54,353 bases of DNA from Candidatus Bipolaricaulota bacterium. Lineage in GTDB: Bacteria > Bipolaricaulota > Bipolaricaulia > UBA7950 > UBA9294. The translations under genes were made by a program, and so were the position numbers. A model generated the notes under the pieces. That model searched no databases. It was given only the letters and a program-made list of their open reading frames with translations, and was not told the origin of the DNA. Positions within the stretch are counted from its first letter, which is position 1. Every line of letters begins with the position of its first letter. The stretch spans positions 1-54,353 of the forward strand of contig JBFYQP010000125.1 of NCBI GenBank assembly GCA_041302745.1. Reading direction: 5' to 3'. Below are positions 25,008-33,746 of the stretch, piece by piece.

Positions 25008-26755
25008 CTCCGCCCGAACTTGCGGTCCAGCTCCTCGCGACCCAGCTTCACGACAATCGGGCGCCCGTGCGGGCAGCTGTACGGGTCTGCACACTCCATG
25101 AGCTGATCGACCAGGGCCTGGGCCTCGATCAAGGGGAGCCGCTCGCCCGCCTTGATCGCAGCGCCGCAGGCGAGTTCGCGCAGAATTCCATCGTACAGGG
25201 CCTCCTCGACGCCCGCCTCCTCGCGAAGCCGCTCCACGAGCGCCTCCACCACTCCCTGAAATCCTCGCGGCGTCTGCTCGTCGGCAAGCCGCTGCGGGTA
25301 CTCGCGCAGCAGGAACGTCCCTCCCCCGAACTCCTCGAGCACAACGCCGACCCGCTCCAGCGCCGCAAGGTTCGCGGACAACACCGCGGCCGCCTCAAAC
25401 GGCAGCTCGACGCGCGCCGGAAGGAGGAACAACTGACGAACGATTCCCGCGTCGGTCGCCTCGGCCTTCAACCGCTCGTACAGGATCCGTTCGTGCGCGA
25501 TGTGCTGGTCCACAATCTCCAATCCGTCCGGAGCCTCGACCAGAAGGTACATGTCGTGAAGCTGTCCGACGACGCGTCGATCGGATCGAACCCTCACTTT
25601 TCCGGCCTCTTGCGCGAGGCGCGACCCGATCCACTGCTCGTGGAGATCGAGCGGCAGCGGCCGGGACCCGGTCGCTGCGAGGTGCGGGCCGCCGGGCGCC
25701 GGCCACGAAGTCGGCTCCGCCGTCCGGGCCGACGGCTCCGCCGTCCGGACGTCGACCGGGAGGACTCGGTGCGGCGACGACAGCGCCTGATGGAGCGCCG
25801 ACCCAAGCGCGTCCTGGACCTCTCGGACGTTGGAGAAGCGAACCTCTTCCTTCCGCGGGTGGACGTTCACGTCGACCCGCTCCCGCGGTAGATCCACGCA
25901 GATGACAGCGATCGGGAAGCTGCCCGGACGAAGGATCCCGCGGTACGCGCTTGCCAGCACGTATCCGAGGCCGCGGTCGCCGATCAGGCGGCCGTTGACG
26001 ACGAACAGCTGATCGCGTCGATTGCCGCGCTTCAGATCCGGCCGGCTGATGCACCCGGAGATGCGGATCTCGCCCCGCCGTCCGTCGAGGGGAATCATCC
26101 CCCGCGCGACCTCCGTTCCGTACACCTGGCCGATCCGATCGAGGAATGACGCGACGCGCGGCGCGGCAAAGACCTCGCGGCCGTCGTGGGCGAGCACGAA
26201 GCCGACGTCGGGGAGCACCAGCGCGAACCGCTGAACGACGCGGTTGATGTGGAGGGCTTCCGTTCGCGGCGTGCCGAGGAACTTCGCCCGAGCCGGGAGA
26301 TTGAAGAACAGATCGCGGACCTCCACGGTCGTCCCTGGAGCACGCGATGCGGGAAGAAGTCCCGCCGACCTCCCTCCCTCAATCGACAGCGCGTGCGCAA
26401 TCGCTCCGGACGAAGAGCGAGACGTGATCCGAAGCCGCGAGACGGCCCCGATGCTCGCGACGGCTTCCCCGCGGAATCCGAGCGTGGCAATCGACAGGAG
26501 ATCGTCCTCCGTCCGGATCTTGCTCGTCGCGTGCCTCTCTCCGCACAGGCGCAGGTCCTCTTCGCTCATGCCGACGCCGTCGTCGCGAACCGCAATCGAC
26601 GTCAACCCCCCCGCGCTCACATCGAGTTCAATCGCGTGGCTTCCGGCGTCGAGGGCGTTCTCGACGAGTTCCTTCACCACGGAGGCCGGACGATCGATGA
26701 CTTCGCCCGCAGCGATCTTGTGGGTGAGTTCTTCCGCGAGGCGCTCGATGGGCAT
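25004..26755 (-). CDS. mutL: DNA mismatch repair protein MutL
   Basis: IAAGEVIDRPASVVKELVENALDAG, DDGVGM and ATSKI (GHKL ATPase). C-terminal dimerisation domain with CPHGRP. Confidence 0.95.
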   Translation of the reverse strand: MPIERLAEELTHKIAAGEVIDRPASVVKELVENALDAGSHAIELDVSAGGLTSIAVRDDGVGMSEEDLRLCGERHATSKIRTEDDLLSIATLGFRGEAVASIGAVSRLRITSRSSSGAIAHALSIEGGRSAGLLPASRAPGTTVEVRDLFFNLPARAKFLGTPRTEALHINRVVQRFALVLPDVGFVLAHDGREVFAAPRVASFLDRIGQVYGTEVARGMIPLDGRRGEIRISGCISRPDLKRGNRRDQLFVVNGRLIGDRGLGYVLASAYRGILRPGSFPIAVICVDLPRERVDVNVHPRKEEVRFSNVREVQDALGSALHQALSSPHRVLPVDVRTAEPSARTAEPTSWPAPGGPHLAATGSRPLPLDLHEQWIGSRLAQEAGKVRVRSDRRVVGQLHDMYLLVEAPDGLEIVDQHIAHERILYERLKAEATDAGIVRQLFLLPARVELPFEAAAVLSANLAALERVGVVLEEFGGGTFLLREYPQRLADEQTPRGFQGVVEALVERLREEAGVEEALYDGILRELACGAAIKAGERLPLIEAQALVDQLMECADPYSCPHGRPIVVKLGREELDRKFGRS

Positions 26756-26834
26756 GCAGAAAGGCTACTCGATCCAGCGATCCCTCACAATTCGCTTGGT
26801 TCGCTGTGGGGAGTTGGGCTATCGTTCTCCTACC

Positions 26835-27293
26835 ATGCACACGATTTCCAGCCTCCGCAAGACCCTCGGTCTGGCGACGACGAATCAGGTCCGCAACCGG
26901 ATCGACTCGATTCGCGACGTTCTGGCCCCTTACCTCCGGCGAGGGCCCAACAACCAACTCCTCGTCGGCGACGAAGGAGTCGCCCTCCTCCGGCAGCTGC
27001 AGGAGTTGTACGATAGCGGGCTAAGGATGACCGAAGCGAGCGAAGTCCTAAAAGCTAAGTCTTATATCATAGATAGTCCGAACGTTCAGGTTTCGTCCGG
27101 TTCCGCACCAACCAGAACCGCACCGCAGGAGGGCGCCCAGCGGCTCGTTCGCTCTTTGCAGGATGAGATCGCGTTCCTCCGCCATCGCGTCGCCATCCTG
27201 GAAGATCGGCTTTCGCACGAAACCGCACAGAGCGACGACCAGAAGCGCGAACCCTGGTGGGCGCGATTGGGGGAGGACGTCGATGTCGCTTAA
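26835..27293 (+). CDS. Hypothetical protein with possible MerR-like wHTH N-terminus and coiled-coil C-terminus
   Basis: 152 aa. ISSLRKTLGLATTNQVRNRI...GVALLRQLQELYDSGLRMTEASEVL loosely follows the MerR pattern. C-terminal heptad-like LQDEIAFLRHRVAILEDRL. Overlaps the HD gene by 11 nt. Confidence 0.45.
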   Translation: MHTISSLRKTLGLATTNQVRNRIDSIRDVLAPYLRRGPNNQLLVGDEGVALLRQLQELYDSGLRMTEASEVLKAKSYIIDSPNVQVSSGSAPTRTAPQEGAQRLVRSLQDEIAFLRHRVAILEDRLSHETAQSDDQKREPWWARLGEDVDVA

Positions 27294-28056
27294 CGTTCCG
27301 CTGCAGGGAAACGAGACTCTGGGGCGCGTCCTCGAGAGGATCGACGCTTCGGACGTGGTTCAGGCGTACTGGGCCGCCTCCAACATCACGGCCATCGACC
27401 GGCTGCGAATCAACGATCACGGCCCGGTGCACATCAAGATCATGACGAACATCGCGCTCAAGCTGCTCCGGCTCCTCGTCGCCGCGCAGATCACGCCGAG
27501 CGCGGTCAAGGACCACGGCCTTCGCCCCGAGGACGCCGAGGTGGTCGTCGTGCTCGCCGCGGCGCTCCACGACGTCGGCCACGCGATCCATCGCCTGGAT
27601 CACGAGCATCTCTCGGTCATTCTGGCCGCTCCCCTCATCGACGGGTTCCTCGACGGCCTGTACGATGCCCGCACGGCGACCATCCTGAAGGGCGAAGTCC
27701 TTCACGCCATCCTCACGCACCAGCGCGACATCGAGCCCCTGACAATCGAAGCGGGGGTCGTGAAGGTCGCCGACGCCCTCGACATGGAGTCGGGGCGGGC
27801 ACGGATCCCGTTCTCCACGGGCGAGCCGACGATTCACTCCGTGTCCGCCATGGCGATCCGCAAGGTTCGGCTCTCGGCGGGCGAGACTCGCCCGATCAAG
27901 ATCGCGATCGAGATGTCGAACTCGGCCGGCATCTTCCAGGTCGACAACCTCCTTCGCGAGAAGCTGAAGCACTCGACCATCGCCCCCTACGTTGAGGTCA
28001 TCGCGGAAGTCGCTGGGGAAGAGAAGAGCATCGTTCAACGCTACTCGATCGAGTAA
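27283..28056 (+). CDS. HD-domain metal-dependent phosphohydrolase
   Basis: ATG follows GGGGGAGGA. HGPVHIK...AAALHDVGHAIHRLDHEH...VKVADALD give the H...HD...D motif set. Confidence 0.8.
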   Translation: MSLNVPLQGNETLGRVLERIDASDVVQAYWAASNITAIDRLRINDHGPVHIKIMTNIALKLLRLLVAAQITPSAVKDHGLRPEDAEVVVVLAAALHDVGHAIHRLDHEHLSVILAAPLIDGFLDGLYDARTATILKGEVLHAILTHQRDIEPLTIEAGVVKVADALDMESGRARIPFSTGEPTIHSVSAMAIRKVRLSAGETRPIKIAIEMSNSAGIFQVDNLLREKLKHSTIAPYVEVIAEVAGEEKSIVQRYSIE

Positions 28057-28190
28057 AAGAGGCCGCCAATCGCCTCGCTCCCCTCGACCCACCTCCGTGG
28101 CGGGCTCGGCCGACCTCCTGGGGCACTCCCGCGAATCACTCCGGGGCGCTCTAGTGCGCCATCGCTCGTTCCCATCTGCATTGCAGCCGT

Positions 28191-28222
28191 TGTCGCAACA
28201 AAAGAGCCCTTTTGTTGCGACA
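28191..28222. repeat. Perfect 14-bp inverted repeat TGTCGCAACAAAAG-agcc-CTTTTGTTGCGACA (candidate recombinase core site)
   Basis: Direct reading. A/T-rich centre in a GC-rich context, no downstream T tract. It ends 73 nt upstream of the recombinase GTG. A smaller palindrome CTGCA-t-TGCAG lies at 28176-28186. Confidence 0.6.
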
Positions 28223-28295
28223 GTTGTCCCCCCGCCTGAGCCGTGTCCCGGCTACGGTTCACCCGCCGAGATTCGCTCGGGAAGGAGGCCGGACC

Positions 28296-28913
28296 GTGCC
28301 GCTCGAGATCACCTACGAGGACTTCATGAACCCCGACCAAGTCCGGGCGCTCAAGGACTACTGCCGCCAGCGGGCCGAGAGCTCCACGCCCGACGGTCGG
28401 GAGAACCCCGTTCGCGACTGGGCCATCCTCCACGTCGCCCTCGACTCCGGCCTGCGGGTGTCCGAGATCTGCGCCCTCGAACTTCGGGACGTCCTCCTCG
28501 ATCCGCTTCACGGCGCCCTCATCGTCCGCGACGGCAAGGGCGGGAAGAAGCGCGGCGTGAAGATGGGGACGGCGCTTCGCGATCACCTCGCCCGGTTCGT
28601 CGAGTGGAAGGACGACGTCGGCGAACCCACGTCCCACCACTCGCCCCTCTTCGTCTCCGCCCGCGGCGGCGCCCTGACGCGGACTGCCGTCTATCGGATC
28701 TTCCGCAGCTGCGCCGACGCCGTCGGCATTCCGGACCGCTTCTCGATCCACTCCTGCCGCCACACCTACGCGTCCATGCTCTACCGCGCATCGAGCTTCA
28801 ACCTCCGCCTCGTTCAGAAACAGCTCGGGCATCGCTCCATCCAGACGACGCAGATCTACGCCGACGTCCTCAACGAAGATGCTCTCGTCGCGGTGGAGAA
28901 TCTTCCGCAGTAG
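28296..28913 (+). CDS. Tyrosine recombinase, catalytic domain only (205 aa)
   Basis: GTG 28296 follows GGAAGGAGG. Catalytic set present: R (DSGLRVSEI), K (GKGGKKRGV), HxxR (HSCRHTYAS), H (GHRS) and Y (TQIYADV). No room for an N-terminal SAM-like core-binding domain. Confidence 0.85.
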   Translation: MPLEITYEDFMNPDQVRALKDYCRQRAESSTPDGRENPVRDWAILHVALDSGLRVSEICALELRDVLLDPLHGALIVRDGKGGKKRGVKMGTALRDHLARFVEWKDDVGEPTSHHSPLFVSARGGALTRTAVYRIFRSCADAVGIPDRFSIHSCRHTYASMLYRASSFNLRLVQKQLGHRSIQTTQIYADVLNEDALVAVENLPQ

Positions 28914-28995
28914 ACAAGCGAACAATCGCCGCCTGTTGTAACCTCGCCGTCCGTACCCGATAATGCGTCGGTCCCCTCTCGCCGCCGGATGACCT

Positions 28996-30717
28996 ATGAT
29001 GGGAGCGGTGAGAGGTATGAGGTTCTCTCGTGTCTTGATGCGAACGGCGCAGGCGACTGCGCTTCTTTGGTTGGTCTCAGCCCTTGCTGCCGCGGCGTCG
29101 GTCACGCTCCAGTCGCAGTTCGGATTCGACGGGCAGCTCATCCGTTTCCGCTATGCGCCCGTGCGCGTCGAGGTGGCCGGCCTCGCAGCCCCCGTCGAAG
29201 GGAGCATCGTGGTCAAGCAGTTCGTCGGCGCGGATCCGTCGAACCCATCGACGCTCTCCCACGAGATCGCCCGCGGCCGTCTAGAGAACGGCGTCTACCA
29301 AGCGGCCATCCCGGCCTATGACCTTCTTCTGCCTGCCCTCGTCCAACTCGTCGGGCCCGACGGCGAAGTCCTCGCGTCCACGACGGAGAGCGTCCGCCAA
29401 GCCGTCCGCGGCCTCCCCTTCGTCGTCGTCGCCGGCGAGTCCCGGCCGCTCGGCGGGACGGAATCCATCGTGGCGGCGTCCGAGCTTCCATCCGATTGGT
29501 GGGCCTACGAGCCGGTCCAAAGCCTATGGCTCACGGAGCCGCTTCTCGATCAAGCCGTGTGGGAGGCCGTCGGCGAGTGGGTGACGTCCGGCGGTTCGCT
29601 CGTGCTCTTCTCCGGCTCGGATTTCTACCAATGGGACTGCCCCGCCGCCCGCGCCCTTCTTCCCTTCTCCGCCCCCACGCTGCGGGAGCTCGCGCCCGGC
29701 GCCTTTCTGCTCACGGGCACGCCGCGGACGGGGTCCCAGGTTCTTCTCAGCAAGGACGCCGAGCCCCTGCTCGTGCGGATCCAGCACGGGGCGGGGCACG
29801 TCTCTCTGGTCACCACACGACTGCAGGACGTAACCGACACGGATCTCCAGAGGATTTCAGCCCGCATCCCGGCCGCGCGGCGCCCCGTCGCTGTGGACCG
29901 ACTCACGCAGGAGGCGCTGAACAAGACGCGCGTCGTGCGCCCCCTCTACGCCTTCGCGCCGGCCGTCGTTCTGGCGGTCATTCTCGGCTTCGTCGCCTTC
30001 CACCGAAGGGCGCTGCGGAAATCGTTCGCCACGTCCAGCGCTCTCCTCCTGGCAGCGGTCGTAGTGGCGACGGTTGCATCCGGTTTGTATGTAAACCGAG
30101 TCGGAAGCATAGCATACCAATATAGCATTAACACGATCTTCTGCATTCAGTCGTCGTTCACAGCGACATGCCATTCGTACGGTTTCTTCTCTCTCGCATC
30201 GGCGCGGGTCCCGATCGACCACGACAAGCGCCACTTCCCGATCCAGGCCGATGTGTGGGTCACCACGCGAAGCCAATACGAGCTCAGAAGCACGCTGACC
30301 CAGACCGCGCTGTCGCTGCCTGCACGCACGCGCCGCTTCGTGCGCACGTGCGGAACCGAGGGCGCAGATTGGCGCCTTCTGGCAACCGAGGACGACCGCA
30401 CGTTCCGAATCGAGAATCCGAAGGCTCAAGAAGCGACGGCCGCCCTTCTCTTCGTCGACGGGCTGTTCTACGAAGTCCCCCTCGTCGACGGAAGGCCTCG
30501 TGATGCGTTCGCCTTCTCCGACCTGCGCCACGTGAGCGCGTCGTCGATGACCGAGCAGGAGTTTCTGCTCTACACGAGCTGCATCGACTGGCTGGCCACG
30601 TCCGCGGGGACGTGGCTGCTGACGTACGAAGAGTCGTCCAACGTCTCTCCCGGCGAGAAGATGCCCGAGAAAGTGAGCCTCGTACGGATTGAGATCGTAG
30701 AAGGAGAACGAACGTGA
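28996..30717 (+). CDS. Uncharacterised exported/membrane protein with a GATase1 (DUF4350-like) segment; first gene of the MoxR module
   Basis: 573 aa. Signal peptide ATALLWLVSALAAAAS. VTSGGSLVLFSGSDFYQW is class-I-amidotransferase-like. Two TM helices (AFAPAVVLAVILGFVAF, ALLLAAVVVATVASGLYV) precede a ~190-aa C-terminal domain. Exact start uncertain (28996 or 29017). Confidence 0.6.
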   Translation: MMGAVRGMRFSRVLMRTAQATALLWLVSALAAAASVTLQSQFGFDGQLIRFRYAPVRVEVAGLAAPVEGSIVVKQFVGADPSNPSTLSHEIARGRLENGVYQAAIPAYDLLLPALVQLVGPDGEVLASTTESVRQAVRGLPFVVVAGESRPLGGTESIVAASELPSDWWAYEPVQSLWLTEPLLDQAVWEAVGEWVTSGGSLVLFSGSDFYQWDCPAARALLPFSAPTLRELAPGAFLLTGTPRTGSQVLLSKDAEPLLVRIQHGAGHVSLVTTRLQDVTDTDLQRISARIPAARRPVAVDRLTQEALNKTRVVRPLYAFAPAVVLAVILGFVAFHRRALRKSFATSSALLLAAVVVATVASGLYVNRVGSIAYQYSINTIFCIQSSFTATCHSYGFFSLASARVPIDHDKRHFPIQADVWVTTRSQYELRSTLTQTALSLPARTRRFVRTCGTEGADWRLLATEDDRTFRIENPKAQEATAALLFVDGLFYEVPLVDGRPRDAFAFSDLRHVSASSMTEQEFLLYTSCIDWLATSAGTWLLTYEESSNVSPGEKMPEKVSLVRIEIVEGERT

Positions 30718-31397
30718 AGACCCACGAGCTCTTCTTCGATCGGGGCGGATACGCTGCGACGCTCGCCCTTCTGATCGGCACGGGACTGGCCCTCGTCCTC
30801 TCGATGCCGTGGGCGGGCCGTGTCGCCGACTTCTTCCTCTTCCCTTGGACTCCCACGCCCGTCGCGTTCTTCTTCGCCCTGGCGGCGTTGGGCGCCGTCC
30901 ACGCCATGAACCGCGGGGCCGCCGTCGAGCCGCTCCCTCGGACCCGCCGTAGGCAGCTTCTCTCCCTGCCCCTCCAAGTGAGCCTCGTCCAAGCCCTTGT
31001 GCTTCCGTACGTCGCGATCTGCACGGTTCTCCTTCCGGCTCGCCACGCCGGCCTCCTGTGGATGGCTTGGGCTTACGTCGGTCTGGTCAACATCACGCTC
31101 GGGGTCATCTCGTTCCGTATCAGCGCCCGATGCTTCCACCGCGCCCGCCACCCCTTCTTCCCCCTCTTCCTCGTGGCGTGCGCGTACAACTTTGTCCCCC
31201 TGCTCTTCGAGTTCGCCCCCGCCCCGGCTCGGACGGCAGCGCTCGTGAGCCCAGCCGCCGCCCTGTGGACAATGCTTGCCGGCGACGCGCCGTGGGGCGC
31301 GCTGCTCTTCTCCTTCCTCGTTCCGTTCTCGCTCGGCCTCGGTCTCTTCCTCGTCACGCGGAGCCGCGTTTCGAAGGAGGGGCATGCTCTCCGCTGA
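30714..31397 (+). CDS. Polytopic membrane protein, unknown function
   Basis: 227 aa. GTGA overlap with the upstream gene, AAGGAG RBS. About 6 hydrophobic helices. Confidence 0.55.
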   Translation: MKTHELFFDRGGYAATLALLIGTGLALVLSMPWAGRVADFFLFPWTPTPVAFFFALAALGAVHAMNRGAAVEPLPRTRRRQLLSLPLQVSLVQALVLPYVAICTVLLPARHAGLLWMAWAYVGLVNITLGVISFRISARCFHRARHPFFPLFLVACAYNFVPLLFEFAPAPARTAALVSPAAALWTMLAGDAPWGALLFSFLVPFSLGLGLFLVTRSRVSKEGHALR

Positions 31398-32766
31398 CCT
31401 GTTCGTTCGGCTCGAACGACGCGCCCGCCGGGTTCGCGGAGCCTCGTGGGCCGCGACCGCGGGGGCCGCGGCGGCGATTCTCGCGTTCGCCGCGCTCCTC
31501 GCCACCTCGCTCTGGGCCCCCGCCTCGGCTCCGGTTGCCCGGACGGCCCTCGCCGTCGTCCCCGCCGCTGCGGCGGTCCTGGCGTACATCCTCGGCCGCC
31601 GGCCGCGCCCGCCGCTTCCCGTGCTTCTCCTCGCCGTCGACGAGCGCCTCGGACTCGAGGCCCGTCTCAGCGCGCTCTATGAGCTCACTCAGCACCCCGG
31701 ACCCGCCGCCTTCGCGGCGCGCATCGCCGCGGACCTCGAGCGCCTCGCGCCGCACTGGGGACGAGGCATCCCGGTCGGCCGTCGGCCGCTCGCGCTGACG
31801 GCGGCCGGCGCGCTCCTGCTGGTCGCCGGATTCGCGCTCGTTCCCCGGCTCGGCAGCCTGCCTTCGCCGACCGACGCCCCTCCATCCCAAGCCGCCGCTC
31901 TCGCGTCCGAGTCGGCCGCCGCCGAACCAAGCGACGTCCCCCTCGAGCCCGAGGGAGGACGCGCCGACGACCTGGGCGAGCCATCATCCCGCACGGCGGC
32001 GCTCCCCGGGCGATCGACCGCCCTGCGGGACATCCTGGCCGAGCTGCGGCCGCTGGGCGGCGCGTCGGGGTCCCCATCGACAAGTCGGGCGGAAAGTGAG
32101 CCTGAGGACGCCGGCCTGCGCCGCGATCTCGAGCGCCTGAGCGAGCGCCTCGACCGCGCTCCGAGCCCCCTCGACGAGGCCGAGAAGGAGACCCTGCGAA
32201 CCTACGTGGCCGAGACCTCACCCGAGCGGCAGTCGGAAGTCGACGACGCCGTCGCCGCCTCGGATCTCGACGCGCTTCGACAGACGATCCACCAGCTGCT
32301 CGCGGAGGCGGCGCCGGGAGACACAATCGAGAGCGGCTCCTCGGTCTCCCACCTGGCTCCCGAGGCAGGCCCTTCGGCCTCGGCCGAAGGAGAACCATCC
32401 TCTAGACCGGCGCCCTTGACGCCTCCGGAGCCCGGCTCCGAGCTGGCCGGAGCGGGCACGTTGGGCGACGGCTCGGCCTTGCCGCCCGGCTCGACGTCCT
32501 CGGAGCCCCCGCCGGTCTTCGAGAGCTCAGAGGTCGGCGTCCTGCCCGTCTCGCCGCCCTCCGTTCTCGGCGAGAGCGGCGCGTACTCCGAGTACCTCAC
32601 GCTCGGCGTCCCCGTCGAACCCCCGCAGGCGGGAGAGACGGCGCCGGGAGACGTGGCCTTCAACTTCGATCAGATCGACTCCGTCCTCTCGGGACGCAAC
32701 GTCCCGGACGGCGCCGTCGACACCATTCGCGCGTACTTCGAACGAATCACGGAGGAGAACCCATGA
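31384..32766 (+). CDS. TM-hairpin protein with a long acidic Pro/Ser/Ala-rich linker, unknown function
   Basis: 460 aa. ATG 31384 follows GAAGGAGGGG. Two N-terminal TM helices plus a third near residue 150. Low-complexity centre and a conserved-looking C-terminus (VDTIRAYFERI). Confidence 0.55.
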   Translation: MLSADLFVRLERRARRVRGASWAATAGAAAAILAFAALLATSLWAPASAPVARTALAVVPAAAAVLAYILGRRPRPPLPVLLLAVDERLGLEARLSALYELTQHPGPAAFAARIAADLERLAPHWGRGIPVGRRPLALTAAGALLLVAGFALVPRLGSLPSPTDAPPSQAAALASESAAAEPSDVPLEPEGGRADDLGEPSSRTAALPGRSTALRDILAELRPLGGASGSPSTSRAESEPEDAGLRRDLERLSERLDRAPSPLDEAEKETLRTYVAETSPERQSEVDDAVAASDLDALRQTIHQLLAEAAPGDTIESGSSVSHLAPEAGPSASAEGEPSSRPAPLTPPEPGSELAGAGTLGDGSALPPGSTSSEPPPVFESSEVGVLPVSPPSVLGESGAYSEYLTLGVPVEPPQAGETAPGDVAFNFDQIDSVLSGRNVPDGAVDTIRAYFERITEENP

Positions 32767-33746
32767 CGACGGAAGTGAGACTCGAGGAGGCGCAGAAGAC
32801 GTTCGAACGTCTCGAGCGAGCGGTCGCGCAGGTCATCGTCGGGCAGGAGCCCGTCGTGCGGTCGACGCTGATCGCTCTCCTGTGCCGCGGAAATGTGCTC
32901 TTGGAGGGAGTCCCGGGCCTGGGCAAGACGCTCCTCGTTCGGACTCTCGCACACGCCCTCGGGCTACGGTTCTCGCGAATTCAGTTCACCCCGGACCTGA
33001 TGCCCGCCGACATCCTGGGAACGAACATCATCGGGGAGTCCGGAGGCGCGAGGCGCTTCGAGTTCTCCCGCGGGCCGATCTTCGCCCACATCGTCCTCGC
33101 CGACGAAATCAACCGGGCCACGCCGAAGACCCAGTCCGCACTTCTCGAAGCCATGGAGGAGCGTACGGTCTCGGTGGGAGGCACAACGTATCTCTTGGAG
33201 GAGCCGTTCATCGTCCTGGCAACCCAAAACCCGATCGAGATGCAGGGAACGTACCCGCTTCCCGAGGCCCAGGTCGACCGATTCCTGCTCAAGGTCAACG
33301 TTCCGTTCCCCTCGCTCGACGAGCTGGTTCGCATCACGACGCTGAACACGGAATCGTCCGCCATCGTCTTCCCATCGGCCGTCGCGTCGGCGGACGACGT
33401 CCTGGCCGCCCGAACCGTGGTTCATCAGATCCCGGTCGCTCTGGGGTTGAGGCAGTTCGCGGGACGCCTCGTCCTTGCCACCCACCCCGACAGCGCCGAC
33501 GCGCCCGAAACGGTCCGCAACTACGTGGAGTATGGAGCCAGCCCCCGCGCCGCCATCGCCCTCGTCCGCGCCGCGAAGGCCCACGCATTCCTCTCCGGCC
33601 AGGTTCACGTTCGCCCCGCCGACGTCGAGGCCATGTTCCTCCCCGCGCTCCAGCATCGGATCATCCTGAACTTCCGAGGGGAAGCCGAGGGGGTCACGCC
33701 GTCGAGCATCCTGGCCGAGGTGTGGCGGAAGGTGCCGGTGGCCTGA
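32763..33746 (+). CDS. MoxR-family AAA+ ATPase
   Basis: ATGA overlap. Walker A LLEGVPGLGKT, Walker B VLADEINRA, sensor/Arg finger region LATQNPIEMQGTYPLPEAQVDRF. Confidence 0.95.
   Translation: MTTEVRLEEAQKTFERLERAVAQVIVGQEPVVRSTLIALLCRGNVLLEGVPGLGKTLLVRTLAHALGLRFSRIQFTPDLMPADILGTNIIGESGGARRFEFSRGPIFAHIVLADEINRATPKTQSALLEAMEERTVSVGGTTYLLEEPFIVLATQNPIEMQGTYPLPEAQVDRFLLKVNVPFPSLDELVRITTLNTESSAIVFPSAVASADDVLAARTVVHQIPVALGLRQFAGRLVLATHPDSADAPETVRNYVEYGASPRAAIALVRAAKAHAFLSGQVHVRPADVEAMFLPALQHRIILNFRGEAEGVTPSSILAEVWRKVPVA

Noticed and set aside
28041-29141. 366-aa minus-strand ORF opposite the recombinase
   Set aside because: It spans the palindrome and the whole recombinase gene in antisense. 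It has no RBS or motifs, whereas the plus-strand recombinase has a complete catalytic signature.
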